From the human T2T-CHM13v2.0 reference genome, Homo sapiens, in the NCBI RefSeq assembly GCF_009914755.1, contig NC_060935.1: DNA of 64,000 nucleotides. One strand, 5' to 3'. The position numbers and the translations under genes are program-made. Each line of letters begins with the position of its first letter. The stretch's first letter is position 1. The notes under the pieces were generated by a model, which saw only the letters and a program-made list of their open reading frames with translations, was not told the origin of the DNA and did not search any database. Of this stretch, positions 40,161-57,432 are shown in pieces.

Positions 40161-41189
40161 AAAAAAATTTTTTAAGTCGTTTTAAACACTTTTTAGGAAA
40201 AGAGAATTTCTTCACAGAGGGAACGGATATGTACCTTTAATAATAAAAGACTACTCTTGACTCCTTGATAAGACTTTACAATAACTTTACTGCTTTGAAT
40301 CTCCTCTAAATGAAATGAAACCTACACTACCGGGAATCAGAAGAACTGAGTGGGTTGAGATTACATGCAGCATTTATCAAAAAACCGCTTCTAGTATCAG
40401 AAGAGAAATTAAAAAGTGATAGTTTTACTAACGGTAAAGGAAACCCAGTGATGCCAGTTAACCAAATTGTCAAATTAATGATGATCTTTATTGGTATAAT
40501 CTTTGAAGTAAGTCAAGTATATATTTCTTGTGCAATTAAGTCAAGTGTTTCAACTTTTTTTTTTGTATGGAGGGTTCCTTTCAATGACACAGAGACTAGA
40601 GTTAGGAAAATCAGGTCTATGAGGTATGGGATAGTAGGATGACTAGAAATCTGTCATTCACAGATCAAGTTAAACTGGCCAGGAGTCACTGAGGTTGTTT
40701 AGTAAGCATTACCTCCCCCAAGAAATAAAAATGCCTAATGAACAAAGGGAGAAAGACATGATTCTAACATCACCTATCTAACAACCCTTGTAAAAAATTT
40801 AGTTTTCTATAATGCCCAAATGTCTTCAGTGAAATTCTGATAATTCCTTTACTGACAATCTCTCAGTTTCTTTTTGAAGTTACTAAAGACTCTTCCTTTT
40901 AGTTTAGAATAATTCCCATACAAAAAGCTTAAAAGGAAAACCACTTGGTCATCAAACCTTAAGGTAAACCCTCAAAATATTATTTCTAATTTACTCCTCT
41001 ACAGATCTCATGTGCCATTTAGATTTCTGAGAATAAAGACTGAATGAAAAACAAGTATCAAGAAACTACGAAAGTAAGAAAATTCATCTATTCTAAAACT
41101 GCTAATAACTAAGGACAGTGATCTACAAACATACATTATGTAACACCAAACAGGGGTTTTTATCAGTAAAGTTGGAAAGAAAGTACTTA

Positions 41190-41384
<195 letters not shown>

Positions 41385-41849
41385 CTAAAAGAAAAGTAGT
41401 ATTTTGAAACAAAACATAATTTAATGATATTATCATCTACTATTAATCTGGGGGGGGAGGGTGTGAGAATAGAAATGAATATCCTATGTCAGGTAATGTA
41501 AACAAAGGACCCCATGACTAGAAATGAAAAAAGAGTTTAAGAAATTGGCAGTTTTCAAAAAAGATTAGCTAATAAACTTCTTACAAGTGTTTAGTGTTTA
41601 TGATACTCTGCCATTCATAATAGGCCATTATAAATGAATCTCACATTGTATCTAAGAATTATTACTTCTTTATAATATTGTATTAAAGATGTGATAACTC
41701 AAACATGAGAAATCACCCTGATGAAACTGCCCCGTCTCCAAAGTATATGCTGTTTTTTGGTTCTATTTTTGTATAATCATTAGGTAGCTTTATATTACAC
41801 TGTATATTAATTTCAGCTAGTAGATTCCGGACATTTTTACTGAGGTATT

Positions 41850-42400
41850 CTTTTTTCATTAATTTATTCAACAGGTGTTTAATAAATAAAAATCAATTCA
41901 GCTCTGGCCCTTGTGGAGCTTACACTCCAGCAGGAGGGGACATTAAGCTATAATACAAATAAATTTAAAATTAACAAAGCATTAAGTACTACAAAGGAGA
42001 AGCAACTTGGTGCTATGAAAGTATATATTATAAAAGGCTTTGTCTTAGTGTTAAGAAAAAATTTCCTGAGAAATGGTAATTGAGCTGAGCCCTGAAAGAT
42101 AAATAGGAACTAATCAGGAAAGAGTGGCAAAAGGGGAGACAGAACATTCCAGAAGGAACAGTATACTCCAAGGCCCTATGGCAGCAGGGAATATGGTATT
42201 TCCCACTCCTATAAAGAAAGAGAAGGGGAGTATGGTACAAAGTAAGCTGGAGAGGATTGGAAAAGGCCAGATCATGCAGGACTATGAAGGCCAAAGAAAA
42301 GATTCCACTCATTATTCTAAGAGCAATGGGAAAGCAATGAAATGATTTGGGGGCAGTTAAATGAGAAGTTAGTTTGTGGGATGATCGAATTTGCATTTAC
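41850..42400. mobile_element. L2 fragment
   Basis: ttcattaatttattcaaca...tgagctgagccctgaaagat...ggccagatcatgcagg...aagagcaatgggaagc. Confidence 0.7.
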
Positions 42401-43983
42401 TGTGTTAAGCATTAGTAAAGAATTAGATGTTTGTCCTCAACACTATTAGATCAAAGAGACAGAAGGATCAACATATGATTGAAAAACAGAAATAATTTAC
42501 ATGTTATTTGTTTAATGTAAGTAAAAATGTAATTGAAAATGTAATTGAATTGATTCAATTAATGTAATTGAAAATGTGATTTGGGGCAGGTGCTATGCTC
42601 ACAGAAAAAACTCTTCCTTCTAAGGAAGGAATGCTGCCTAACCCACTATAAGATGCATTCATTAGGAAGAAGGCATTACCTATTCTGCAAAATTAGAGTG
42701 AAGTATAACATAAATTAACATCATAGTTGAACATTTACTAACCAATTTAAACCAGATTTATTTTTTTATTTTTTAAAATTGGGCAACATCTCATTCTATA
42801 AAGTAGAATGAGTGTTCCCTAAACAGATTTAACATCTCTATGCTTTAAGTTTCAAAAACACACAATAAATGCTCAAAAAATGGGAAAAATAAAGTACCAA
42901 ATCACACGAGATTGAAAAACTCTTAGCACATATTAACCAATCAAAAATCGGAAAGTCTAAGATTTATCTATATTGTCTGCCCCTTTCAGTGAGAATATAC
43001 AATATCTACCAAAAAAAGCATTATAGTTAACGATTCTAAATAAGTTCCAAAATTCTCCCCCAATTTTTGTTGCAATTTAATGTACTACATAACCAACAAT
43101 TTCTATGCGAATTAGAATAAAAACCAACTAGCTCACTTTTAATCTGGCCTTATTTGAAGAGCTACATGTTGATTTTTGATACAGTATTCGGCCTTGGCTA
43201 ATTTATTATATAGGATGAAGGAGTGGTTCTGTGGAGGATATAGGGACCATGGCTCCAAATTTCTACTCTACATAGGTAGAACTGTATGTATACAACTGTG
43301 TAAGTTAGTATATTTTATTCAGTATTTTTAGTAATCAACAACCATAAATCTTGAATACTCAGATTCAAAACAAACTTTAAAAGAACTGTCAAGAACATAA
43401 AGTGGTAAACCTGAGGACTTGGAGTAGAATAAATTTACAAGAAGAAATGAAATTCTAAAATCTACCAGATGGTAGATGTTTGTTTAAAATGATTAAAAAT
43501 GAAAGAAACTAGAGGTATAGTTGGGGAAAAAATAAGATAATCTGAAAGGATGCCCACCAAATAATGACATGATGTAATAAATTGTATCTTACTAGCATAA
43601 ACTAGAAAATAAAGATTGGTAGATTCTGAGGGTAAATATTGGAATGCCGATCATATAAATCAGAGAACCTAAAAAATGCTGGATTTCTAAGGCCAAATTC
43701 AGAACACATCTCAAAAGAAGAGTCTCTATATAATAAAATATTAGTAAGTACTTAGGTACCAGAAGTATATTGTACTGTATATACAAGGAGATGAAAAAAC
43801 TAGCCAGTTACTTTTCATAGATACCACTTACTTTTCACTTCACTAATATCTTTTCTTTGAATTCTTTCCAGAGACAAAAAAATTTTTAGTTGAGCTACAG
43901 AAACCTATTTTCAATGAGAAAAAATAACATATCTAACAAGGCATCAGTATTTTTGAAACTGCCAATGTTTTCACACACTTCTA

Positions 43984-44130
<147 letters not shown>

Positions 44131-44302
44131 TTAGAATTAAGAGTATTTCCTGGTCAGATAAAGGTAGAAACCTGCTTAGCAACCAGGCAGTCTCTTAAGA
44201 CAAAAATAACTTTTCTGAGATTATTATTTTATCATTCATGCAACAACAAGAGTAAAAATCCCGTTCTTTCGTCAGATCCCCACTTAATTCAATTAACAGG
44301 AC

Positions 44303-45716
<1,414 letters not shown>

Positions 45717-48700
45717 CTAGTCAATGTTTATATAAACAAGTACAAAATTAAATCCCTGAATGAACCTTTATACATATTCTTTATGTAAACCATGTTTTTA
45801 AGTGAGGTTTAAAGTCAACATCCTTTTAATAACTTTATGCTACCTATCTTCTTTTTTTTGAGACAGCGTCTTGCTCTGTCGTCCAGGCTGGAGTGGAATG
45901 AACACGATCTTGGCTCGCTGCAACCTCTGCCTCCTGGGCTCAAGCGATCCTTCCACCTCTGCCTCCTGAGTAGCTAGGATTTGGTGGGACTGCAGGTGTG
46001 CACCACCATGCTCGGCTAATTTTGAAATTTTTTGTAGAGACAAGGTCTCGTTATATTGCCCAGACTGGTCTCGAACTCCTGGGCTCAAGTGATCCCACTG
46101 ATCGTGAGCCACCGCACCCACCCCTATGCTATCTATCTAGACAACACCTTTTTCTTATAAAAGTAATGTGTGTAAACTGCAGAAAATTTAGTAACTACAG
46201 AAAAAAATCTAAGTATTAAAATACAATTTTACCACCACCTAATAACCATGATGAACACTAAAGTACGTATCCAGTTTTTTTTCAATACACATGTAGTAAT
46301 ATAAATCATATGAAAAAGACAGGCATAATCCCCTTACAACATTTTTGTTATATGATCACAAACATTTTCCCAGATTTGAGAATATGATGTTTAAAGTCTA
46401 CATAGCACTCCATTTTACAAATGTACCATAATTACCAACCCTACCATTGGACATTTAAATTGTTTCCAATTTTTCTTTTTCATTTTTGAGACAGGGTCTC
46501 ACTCTGTCACCCAGGCTGGAGTGCAGTGGTGTGATCACAGCTCATTGCAACCTTGATGTCCTGGGCTCAAGTGATCCTCCCAACCTCCGCCTCCCGGGTT
46601 CAAGTGATTCTTCTGCCTTAGCCTCCCAAGGAGCTGGGACTACAGGCACATGTCACCATGCCCAACTAATTTTTTAGTTTTTTGTAGAGATGGGGTCTTA
46701 CTATGTTGCCCAGGCTGGCCGATTTTTCAATATTATTAATAACATAGAAGCGGTCCTCCGTAATTCTCCATCCCTAGTTCTGGCCTGACATAAAATATGT
46801 TTTCAATAAATATTTGTTTATTGAATATATACTCTGGTAATATCTATTCTGAATCAGGCATGGTGCAAAGTACTTTTTAAACACGCTAATTCACTTTATA
46901 CTGACATCAACTATGTGAAGGAAAGATATTCTCATTTTACACACTAGCTTCACAAATATTAAGTAACCTGCCAAAACAACAAAACTGGTAAGCAATGAAA
47001 TTAAACTAAGATTCATAGTCTATGCTTCTTCCTTTACATTTTGTTCCCTCCCATGGCAAAGAAGAAAATGTCCCAGAGAAAGATGGAATTGTAAAAGTTT
47101 ATTAGGATATGTGGAACTTTCATTAAGATTTTTCTTCAAAATCCCTAGGATTGCCATGAAACAGCAGCAGTGTAATTTAAAGGAGTCAGGAGAATCTGCA
47201 GGAACTCAAATACACCAATGATGGGAGACAGAATAGTTTAACAGTCTGGAAAACAGTATGGCATTATCAGATACACATGCCCTACCACCCAGCAACTCCA
47301 TTCCTAGGTGTATAGCCTAGAAACTGATGCAAATTACACCAGAAGACCTATATAGGGATAGTCATAGCAATGTTGTTCATAGTAGTCAAAAGCTGGAAAC
47401 AGTTCACATGTTCATCAAACTGTGCTTTTCAAACTCAGGACCAGTCTTCCCCCTACCACCCCCACCAACTGAATACTAGTATGTCTGTAAAATACAATAA
47501 AAATTATTATACCTCTGTATTTTTTAAGTTGAATGCCAAATGGTCCAGCTGCTGTGAATGCAAAATGGTCTAGCTGCTGTGTAAAACCATTTGGAAGTTT
47601 CTCAAAAAGTTAAAAGTATCATATAGGGATGAGCAGACTGATCTGGATTTTATAAACAGATATAAGAACCAAGTTTTTGCTACACAGTAGAGTTTGATGC
47701 CTAAAGAGCAAATAAAATTGCCAACAAAGAGAAGCATTAAGAAGATTAATTTGAACTATACATAATGCTTGCTGTGGTTTATTTGATCTAGTCCCTAGTA
47801 AAGACACATATTCAGAAATTTCAATTATTCAGAGCTCTCAGATTTTATCCCAGTCTAAAACTGAGGCAAAGACAAGTAGGTCAGCTAAAGTAAGTATGTT
47901 TTACAGATATATTATAATCATATACCACTGATCTAAAAATGTCTTCCTAAGAGCTCAAATACCATATAGTCCATGCTATTGCTGAAAAGGTTTAGGCATA
48001 ATTGTTTATTTTTAGACTAGAGGTTAAGAAATGTTTTCAAGGTTATACATGAAGGCAGAACTTAGAATAAATTCCAAATTGTCTGATTTTTCAGTTTAGT
48101 GTTCAAATAAATAACAAATTTCCTATTAAATATGCACTATATCCCATCATAAAAGAGACCCCAAAATCTGTGCATTTTCTCATTAACCAACCATTTAAAA
48201 GGGACAGAGAGATTAAGTCATGAGTAATACTAGAGCTGGGCCTAGAACCTATGTCTCCTACTTCTCAGTCTGTCTCTCTTCCCTACAACCCATGGGCCCA
48301 AGTGTGGTGTCTTTTTAGTTTAAATTCCTGTATTTTGATAGTCTATAAGAGTAATTACAGAGCTACTGTACAGATTATTTTCTCTTCTACTTAGAGAAAA
48401 ACCACTGGCAGTATGACTTTTTTATGGCAAATTCCCAAGCTCTTGACCTACAAAAGCTCTTCACTATCACAATACAAGAGATCTGAATTTGATTACCATT
48501 CCTGGACTCTCACCTCTGGCTAAGGAGATGCTATTGCAGAAGCACAGAATGATTTTAACAGAAGTTTGAGAAAAACTTCTGCTCCATCAAAAAGCAACCC
48601 ATTTGAATGACCACTGAGTGTGATGATAGGCTCATAAAAAAAAAAAAAGAAATTATTTTTTTAAAAAAGCAATGCATACACATGCCCAGAAATCTACTCA

Positions 48701-49509
48701 AACCATGTCTAGGAAGGACAACTGGATTAAAGAAACACAACAACTATGTAACTGTCATAGAAAACTTAAGATTTTTATTACTTAACCAAAATCTGACAAA
48801 ATCCCATCTCTGAGTAGCAGGTGGCAAAAATGACAACACTTTCCCTCAAATTAAAAAAAAAACTCACTGTCTCCAGGTATTTCCCATTAACAAGGACAAG
48901 TGTTATCCTCTTGCCGGAGTATTCTGCATTACCAGGCGGCCAGAAATCTGAACAGTTTTCTAGCAGATTATCTCAAACTTTGGTGTGTTTGCTTTCCTAA
49001 TCTTGGGACAGTGGCGTCCCACAAATTCCTTCAGAGATGGAGAGGCGTAAAGAGCTGTCTCTTTCACATTGTGCTCTTTATATCAGGAGGAAAGGTTAAC
49101 TGGACTCTTCCTAAGAGATGTTCACTGTCAACATATCCAAAAGGGGTACGGGATACCACCAACACAGGCCTCTGGAGAGACAGCTAAACCTGGCTGTGAA
49201 TTAGGACAACTTGGAGTTACTGCTCGACTGTACCAAGGTAGCTGAAAACCTAATGCTTACTCATCCCAAAGCTACCAAGGTCTTCAAATACCAGGGTAAG
49301 GATCCAAGGCCCAGAGAGAGAGATTCAGCTCCACCCATTCAGCTCAAATGGGTTATACTCTGGTAAAAGCAACCCTCTCCTCACCCCAAGTAAGAACCAG
49401 GTGGGGGCAAAGCCAGGTCGTGGGCACTGCTCACCCACTGCATGCCCAAACAAGCACCCTACGGCTGCTGTCACCACCCAGAAGTAGAGCAGATACCCTG
49501 GCTTTAGCT

Positions 49510-49900
49510 CACTGGAGCCGGCATTGTTTACGCTCTTTCGCCGCCTTAGCCTCTGATAGGCCAGCAAAGTCCCCAGTACTGTCCACCAGGACTTGCAGCA
49601 CGGTCGCGGGATGCTTGCCCTTTGCCCGTGGTTTGACACTTACGCTCCCCGGGCAGGGAGAGGTCAGGGAAGCTAAGGTCCGAGCAGGATCAGCAGGAAT
49701 ACCCGGCAGGCGGCGGCGGCGGCGGCAGCAGCATTGGTGCTGCGGTCCGCTGGGAAACGCCTCCTCCGAGGGCGGGGCCCGGAGCGCCACTGTCAGAGTG
49801 CCCGCCCCACCCTCAGCTCCCCTCTCCGCACACTCTGAAAGCTTAAAGGGGCCGCAGTGTATCTTCGCCCAGAGGTTTGCAGGCCTCAGGCGCTGCTTCT
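49510..49900 (-). promoter_or_regulatory. Small non-repeat CpG island; putative alternative CKAP5 promoter and first exon (donor at 49643)
   Basis: About 29 CpGs in 400 bp (hand count) in otherwise CpG-poor DNA. GC boxes at about 49770 and 49801, CCAAT at 49733-49737, (GGC)6 at 49709-49726, and a minus-strand donor AGC|GTAAGT at 49644/49643. Confidence 0.72.
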
Positions 49901-52010
49901 AGGTCCTAGGCTTTCCCAGGCAAGAGGCAAATGATGGACCAACTAGGAAGACTACTGCAGTTGGGTGGACCTCTTTTTTTGGTAGTATTACACGTAATAT
50001 TCCAGAAACAAAGGAGATGACCAGTTCCCACTATCACAATCCTAATCCCTCCTCCAAGGGTGAAAAAAATTACTGCAGGTAACAGCCAAAGCATCAAGGT
50101 AGATACATAGCCCCTCATTATATGTAAGCTGCTTACTTCATTAACCTCCTTTGGACTCGAGCAGTTCTTCAAATGGCAACTCAAAGGCCTGGAAAAGATC
50201 CTACAATGCTCCACCTCACCTTTTCACGGAATTCGTTCTTTACAAAACTGGAGGAATCCTGGACAATGATACAAGATGGGCAGGAAGGTAATAGAAGGTG
50301 AAATAGAAAAATACCAGCCTGGGCAACAAAGTGAGACCCCATCTCTACAAAAAATAAAAAATTAGCTGGGCATGGTGGTACAAGACTAGTCCCAGCTACT
50401 CCGGAGGCTGAGGTGGGAGGATCCTGAGCCCAGGACTAGGCTGCAGTGAGCCAGACTGCACCACAGCACTCCACCCTGAACAACTAACCAAAACCATACC
50501 TCTATAAAAGAAAAAAAGAAAAATAACCTTCCCCATCTTGTGTGTAAAATGTGATCTTTCAAAAATTGACCTAAAAGTCAACGTAAATAAATGTACAAGT
50601 CTATGTAAGTAATCTTGCATGCCAATACAATTGTAATGTGCAATCATCTAATTTAATATGAAGAGTTCTTAAGAAAATTGTAGTAGAAACGGCATTAATA
50701 TTTCAAGGAGTTAAGTCCTAGTCTCTGAGATCTCCAAAGGTTAGCAACTAGTTTTAATTTTCTTTTTGTAGGAGGAGTTTGTCCTGAATCCTAGTTTACA
50801 AGGTTTGACTGCATTTTGTGTCTCCCATCATACCAACAGGAAAGATATGTGCTTTTTTTAAGTCCATATTACTCCACCTAATTTAGATGAATCAACACAC
50901 CTCCTTAAAGCCTTGGGCCATCATCAGATCAGTACAGGAATCAATGTAGTAAGCTTAAAGACCATTTGTAAGTAACCCAATTTCTCCTATCCACAACAGG
51001 AATAAAGCAGAAATTTAAGAATCCAAAGAACAGTTATGAAGATTGCTCCACCAGGGAGCAGACTCAGGTTACTCTTATTCTGAAGGTTTTAGAGAACCCT
51101 AAGCTAAAGTTGCCAAGTATCTTTTCCTTACTTGGGTGGGGGCGGGGTAGATAAATAAATAAAGTTGCCAAGTAAAAAATGGATTCAGATTAAAACAGTC
51201 TGATTTTTGAACTGCCAAGACAGTCTCATTCTACAATGCATTTAACTGTAAAGAATACCTCTGAATTAGGTAATTAAGACCTTCATTCATTATATTCCCA
51301 TCAAGCTTAACTGTTCTGAGGGTAATGGTTTGCAGATCAGCCTTTCTCATCAGATTGTGAGTTCCTCAAGGGCAAGGGCTGGAATGTATCTTAATTATCT
51401 TTTTCTTCCAATGTGTGATACAAAATAAGTACCCAACAAATATTTATCACAAGAGGTATGACCAACATTTTCTGTTACATAGCATTCTAGTGACATAGGA
51501 CTTCAGTTAACTGCAATAAACATAGTACAATGAGTGTATGTGTGTATGCACACACAAATGGATAATACCCTGTGCTGTGCTTATGAGCGAATTAAACATT
51601 TTAAAAATTAGAGAAAAAAATCTACTAACAGTCACAAAAAAAGTCAAATACTGTATGAACCCACTTTTATGAGGTATGCAGTCAAATTCATGAATTCATA
51701 GAACCAGAAAGTAGAATGGTAGTAACCAAAGATGGGGTGGGGGTGTGGCTTGGGAGGGGGATAAGAGAAATATTTAGATACAGAGTTTCAGATTAGCAAG
51801 ATGAGAAAGTTCTGGAGATCTGTTTCATAACGATGTGAATATACTTAACACTATTGAACTGTACACTTAAAAATGGTTAAGATGGTAAATTTTATACTAT
51901 TGTTTTTTACCATACACAAAAAATGAGACATTCGTCTATACAAAAATTGCTTTGCAAATATTTAAAGTAAACAAAAGATGATATGGAAGACAGAAGTAAA
52001 TATATAAATA

Positions 52011-52642
52011 CAGTTGACCCTTGAACAACATGGATTTGAACTGCACGGGTTGACTTGCATGTGAATTTTCTTCTGCCCCTGTCACCCTTAAGACAGCAAG
52101 ACCAACCCCTCCTCTTCCTCAGCCTATTCGACATGAGGATGACAAGGATGAAGACCTTTATGATGATCCACTTCCATTTAATGAATAGTAAATATATTTT
52201 CTACTTACTGGGCAATAAAGTCTTACTTTACTTAAAAGACAGTCTACTTACTGTCTCTAAAAATAAATACAAAAAATTATCTGGGCCTGGTGGCACATGC
52301 CTGTTAGTCCCAGCTACTCGGGAGGCTAAGGTAGAAGGATTGCCTGAGCCCAGAAAGAGTGAGCCAAGAGGGGACCACAACACTCCACCCTGAACGATGG
52401 AGCGAGAAAAAATATTTTTCCTCCTTCTGATTTTCTTAACATTTTCTTTTCTCTAGCTTACTTTACTGTAAGAATACAATATATAATACATATACAAAAT
52501 ATGTGTTAAACAATTATGTTATCAATAAGGCTTCTGGTCAACAGTAGGCTATTAGTAAAGTTTTGGGGGTGTCTAAAATTATATGTGAAGTTCCCACTGC
52601 ACAGGGGGATCCCTAACGTTGGCATTGCTCAAGGGTCAAATG
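52011..52642 (+). mobile_element. Second Tigger2a/MER28-type MITE, interrupted by an Alu fragment (~52240-52410)
   Basis: TA + cagttgacccttgaacaacatgg start; the body is homologous to 10678-11115 and the right TIR is degenerate. Confidence 0.85.
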
Positions 52643-52716
52643 TGCCTATGTGGAAGAAATCCATTAAGTTTTAAGAAGAAATTTGCAAGACAGTATATGA
52701 AGTCTAATTCCTTTTT

Positions 52717-52720
<4 letters not shown>

Positions 52721-52764
<44 letters not shown>
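52721..52764. repeat. (TG)22 microsatellite
   Basis: Read directly from the sequence. Confidence 0.97.
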
Positions 52765-52767
<3 letters not shown>

Positions 52768-52793
52768 CTCACATACACATTTACATATGCATT

Positions 52794-53599
<806 letters not shown>

Positions 53600-53666
53600 T
53601 CATTGTACATGTTTGAATGCACATAAACATTTTCTGGAAGGATCTGTAGAAAATTATTAACCATGG

Positions 53667-53965
<299 letters not shown>

Positions 53966-56274
53966 TTAACCATGACTTCTGAGAGTGTGTCTAAGGGTTA
54001 AGCAAAGAAATTTTTTTGAAAAAACTTTTACTTTGAACTTTAATACCCATCCATGCCTTCTGATTTTTAATAATGAGCTTCAGCATCTTTTATAATAATG
54101 TTTTTGTATTTTTTATATTATTAAATTTTTTTCATTTACTTTTTCTTTATTTAACTCCCGCTTAGATGATAAATAATGCTTTTAAAAGCTTTAAAACTTT
54201 AAAATTCCCACTTAGAGGCTTGAAGTTGGATCATCTGCCTATACTCATCCCATAGGCTACACTTCACTCTCTCTCTTAACATTTTTTGTATACATGATAT
54301 CTCCTTTGAAAGAAGGAACTGAGTCTTATTCATTATCCCAGCATTGCATAGTGCTTTGTGCTCTAGTGTAAAATTTCTAAAATGGCACCATTTCATCAAG
54401 TCACAGAAGTCTTTTTGTTTTTTGTTTTTTGAGACAGGGTATTGCTCCATTGCCCAGGCTGGAGTATGGTGGTGCAATAACTGCTCACTCTAGTCTCATC
54501 CTCCCAGCCTCATGTGAGCCTCCTGCCTCAGCCTCCTGAGTAGCTAGGACTACTGGGGCATGCACCACCACATCTGTCTAATTTTTAAATTTTTTTGTAG
54601 AGACAGGGTCTCACTATGTGGCCCAGGCTGGTCTCGAACTCCCAGGCTCAAGCAGTCCTCCTGCCTCAGCCTCCCAAAGAGTTGATATTACACTTGCGAG
54701 CCACCCCACCCAGTCAGAAGTCTTAAATATACAATAAACTTATCCTTTTTTTTTTTTTTTTTTTCTGAGACAGGGTCTTGCTTTGTTACTGAGGCTGGCG
54801 TGCAGTAGCAGGAACATGGCTCACTGCAGCCTCGACTTCCGGGGCTCTGGCAAAACTTCTGCCTCAGCATCTCATGTGGCTGGGACCACAGGTGTTTGCC
54901 ACCATGCCCAACTTTTTTACTTTTTGTAGAGATGGGGTCTCACCACTTGCCCAGGCTGGTTTTGAACTCCTGGACTCAAGTGAACTGCCTGCCTCAGCCT
55001 CCCAAAGTGCTGGGATTACAGGCATGAACCACTGCGCCTGGTCTTATAAAGAAAATTTTGTAGAATGTGTATTTCAAATGTGTTGAGAAAACAATATATA
55101 TTTAATAAAATTCTGAAGTAAACCCTTTTCAAAGTGAAAAAAATCACTCAGTAATATTATTTTGAAATTTTCTAAGATTTTTGCCACTATTTTCCTAGTT
55201 AGTTACTTTTTTATTATAAGATCCACTAAAAGAGGGTAATTTCATTTTTAGAATCTTTCACTTTGGCAAAGCCATGGCAGTAAAACAGTTGCTTGAAAGA
55301 AATCTTACTGTAGAAAGCTCTACTCTAGATTAAATTTAGTGCAAACCTGGAGTCATGTTGAGCTCTGGAGGTAGACAGATTGAGTTGTAAACCTTGCTCT
55401 GCCACAAACCAGCTGATCCTCAGTTTTATCAATCATCATAACAATACCATCTTCATGTTGCTCCCTATTTAACACACACTTCTTGAACACGTATTATGTG
55501 CCAGGCACTATCCTAAGCACTTCACATGTATTTACTCATTTAATCCTTAAAACCTTGAAGTTGATATTATTATCCCTATTTAATAATGAGGCAATTGAGG
55601 CAAACAGAGTAACTTGCCTAACATGACTCATCTAATCATTGTTGTAAAGATTAAATGAGATTTTGCCTTTTACATGTTAAGAATTCCCTCCATAGCCAGG
55701 TGTAGTGGCATGCGCCTGTAGTCTCAGTTACTCAAGAGGCTGAGGTGGGAGGACTGCTTGAACCCAGGAGGTTGAAACTATAGTAAGCCATGATTGAGCC
55801 ACTGCACTGTGGCCTGGGTGACACAGCAAGAGTTTATCTCAAAAAAAAAAAAATTTTTTTTCCCACAAATATTCACATTATTCTCCTGTCCTGACAACTG
55901 TGCTTGTCAGATAGTGTGAGGCTATTCGGTGTTAGATGCTCATCTAGATGCTGAGTATAGGCTGTGCACCACAATAGCCCTGAGGCAAAGTACAATAAGA
56001 GAGTATGACGGAGGAATCTAATCTAGACTGGGGCAGCGGGGTTCAGGGAAGGTCTCCCTGTGAAAGTGATACTCAGGCTGAAAACTAAATGAAATTAATA
56101 GGGGTTATCCAAGCAAAGGCAAAAAGTAGGGACAACAGAGAATGTTTCAGGCATGTGTGTGGATCTCTAAAAGATGCAGGCAAGAGTAAAGAACAAAAAT
56201 ATGACCCATGTGACCAAATAAGAGAAAGGCTGATTGGAAAGGGTCAAATTAAACAAATCCAGTGGATTTTATGC

Positions 56275-56738
<464 letters not shown>

Positions 56739-56772
56739 ATTATATTATTATTATTATCATCATCATTATTGA

Positions 56773-56877
<105 letters not shown>

Positions 56878-57116
56878 TGAGTAGCTGGGATTACAGGCGT
56901 GTGCCACCACGTCCAGCTAATTTTGATATTATTAGTAGAGATGGTGTTTCACCATGTTGGCCAGGCTGGTCCTGAAAGCCTAACCTCAGGTGATCCACCC
57001 GGCTTGGCCTTTTACTATATCATTATAAGCATCATCCCAGTGTCATTGAGAGATTTTAGGTTGATTTCAGACTTAAACAAACCTATATTTCAGTCCTTTG
57101 ATATAAGAGTGGGCTA

Positions 57117-57432
<316 letters not shown>

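Noticed and set aside
48560-48650. Poly(A) run suggesting a processed pseudogene tail
   Set aside because: The preceding sequence resembles a degraded L1 fragment, and no mRNA-like body or TSD was found.
49348-49902. 184-aa (+) and 93-aa (-) ORFs over the CpG island
   Set aside because: Long open frames are expected in GC-rich DNA, there is no recognisable homology, and the minus-strand ORF starts at GTG and reads through the splice donor.
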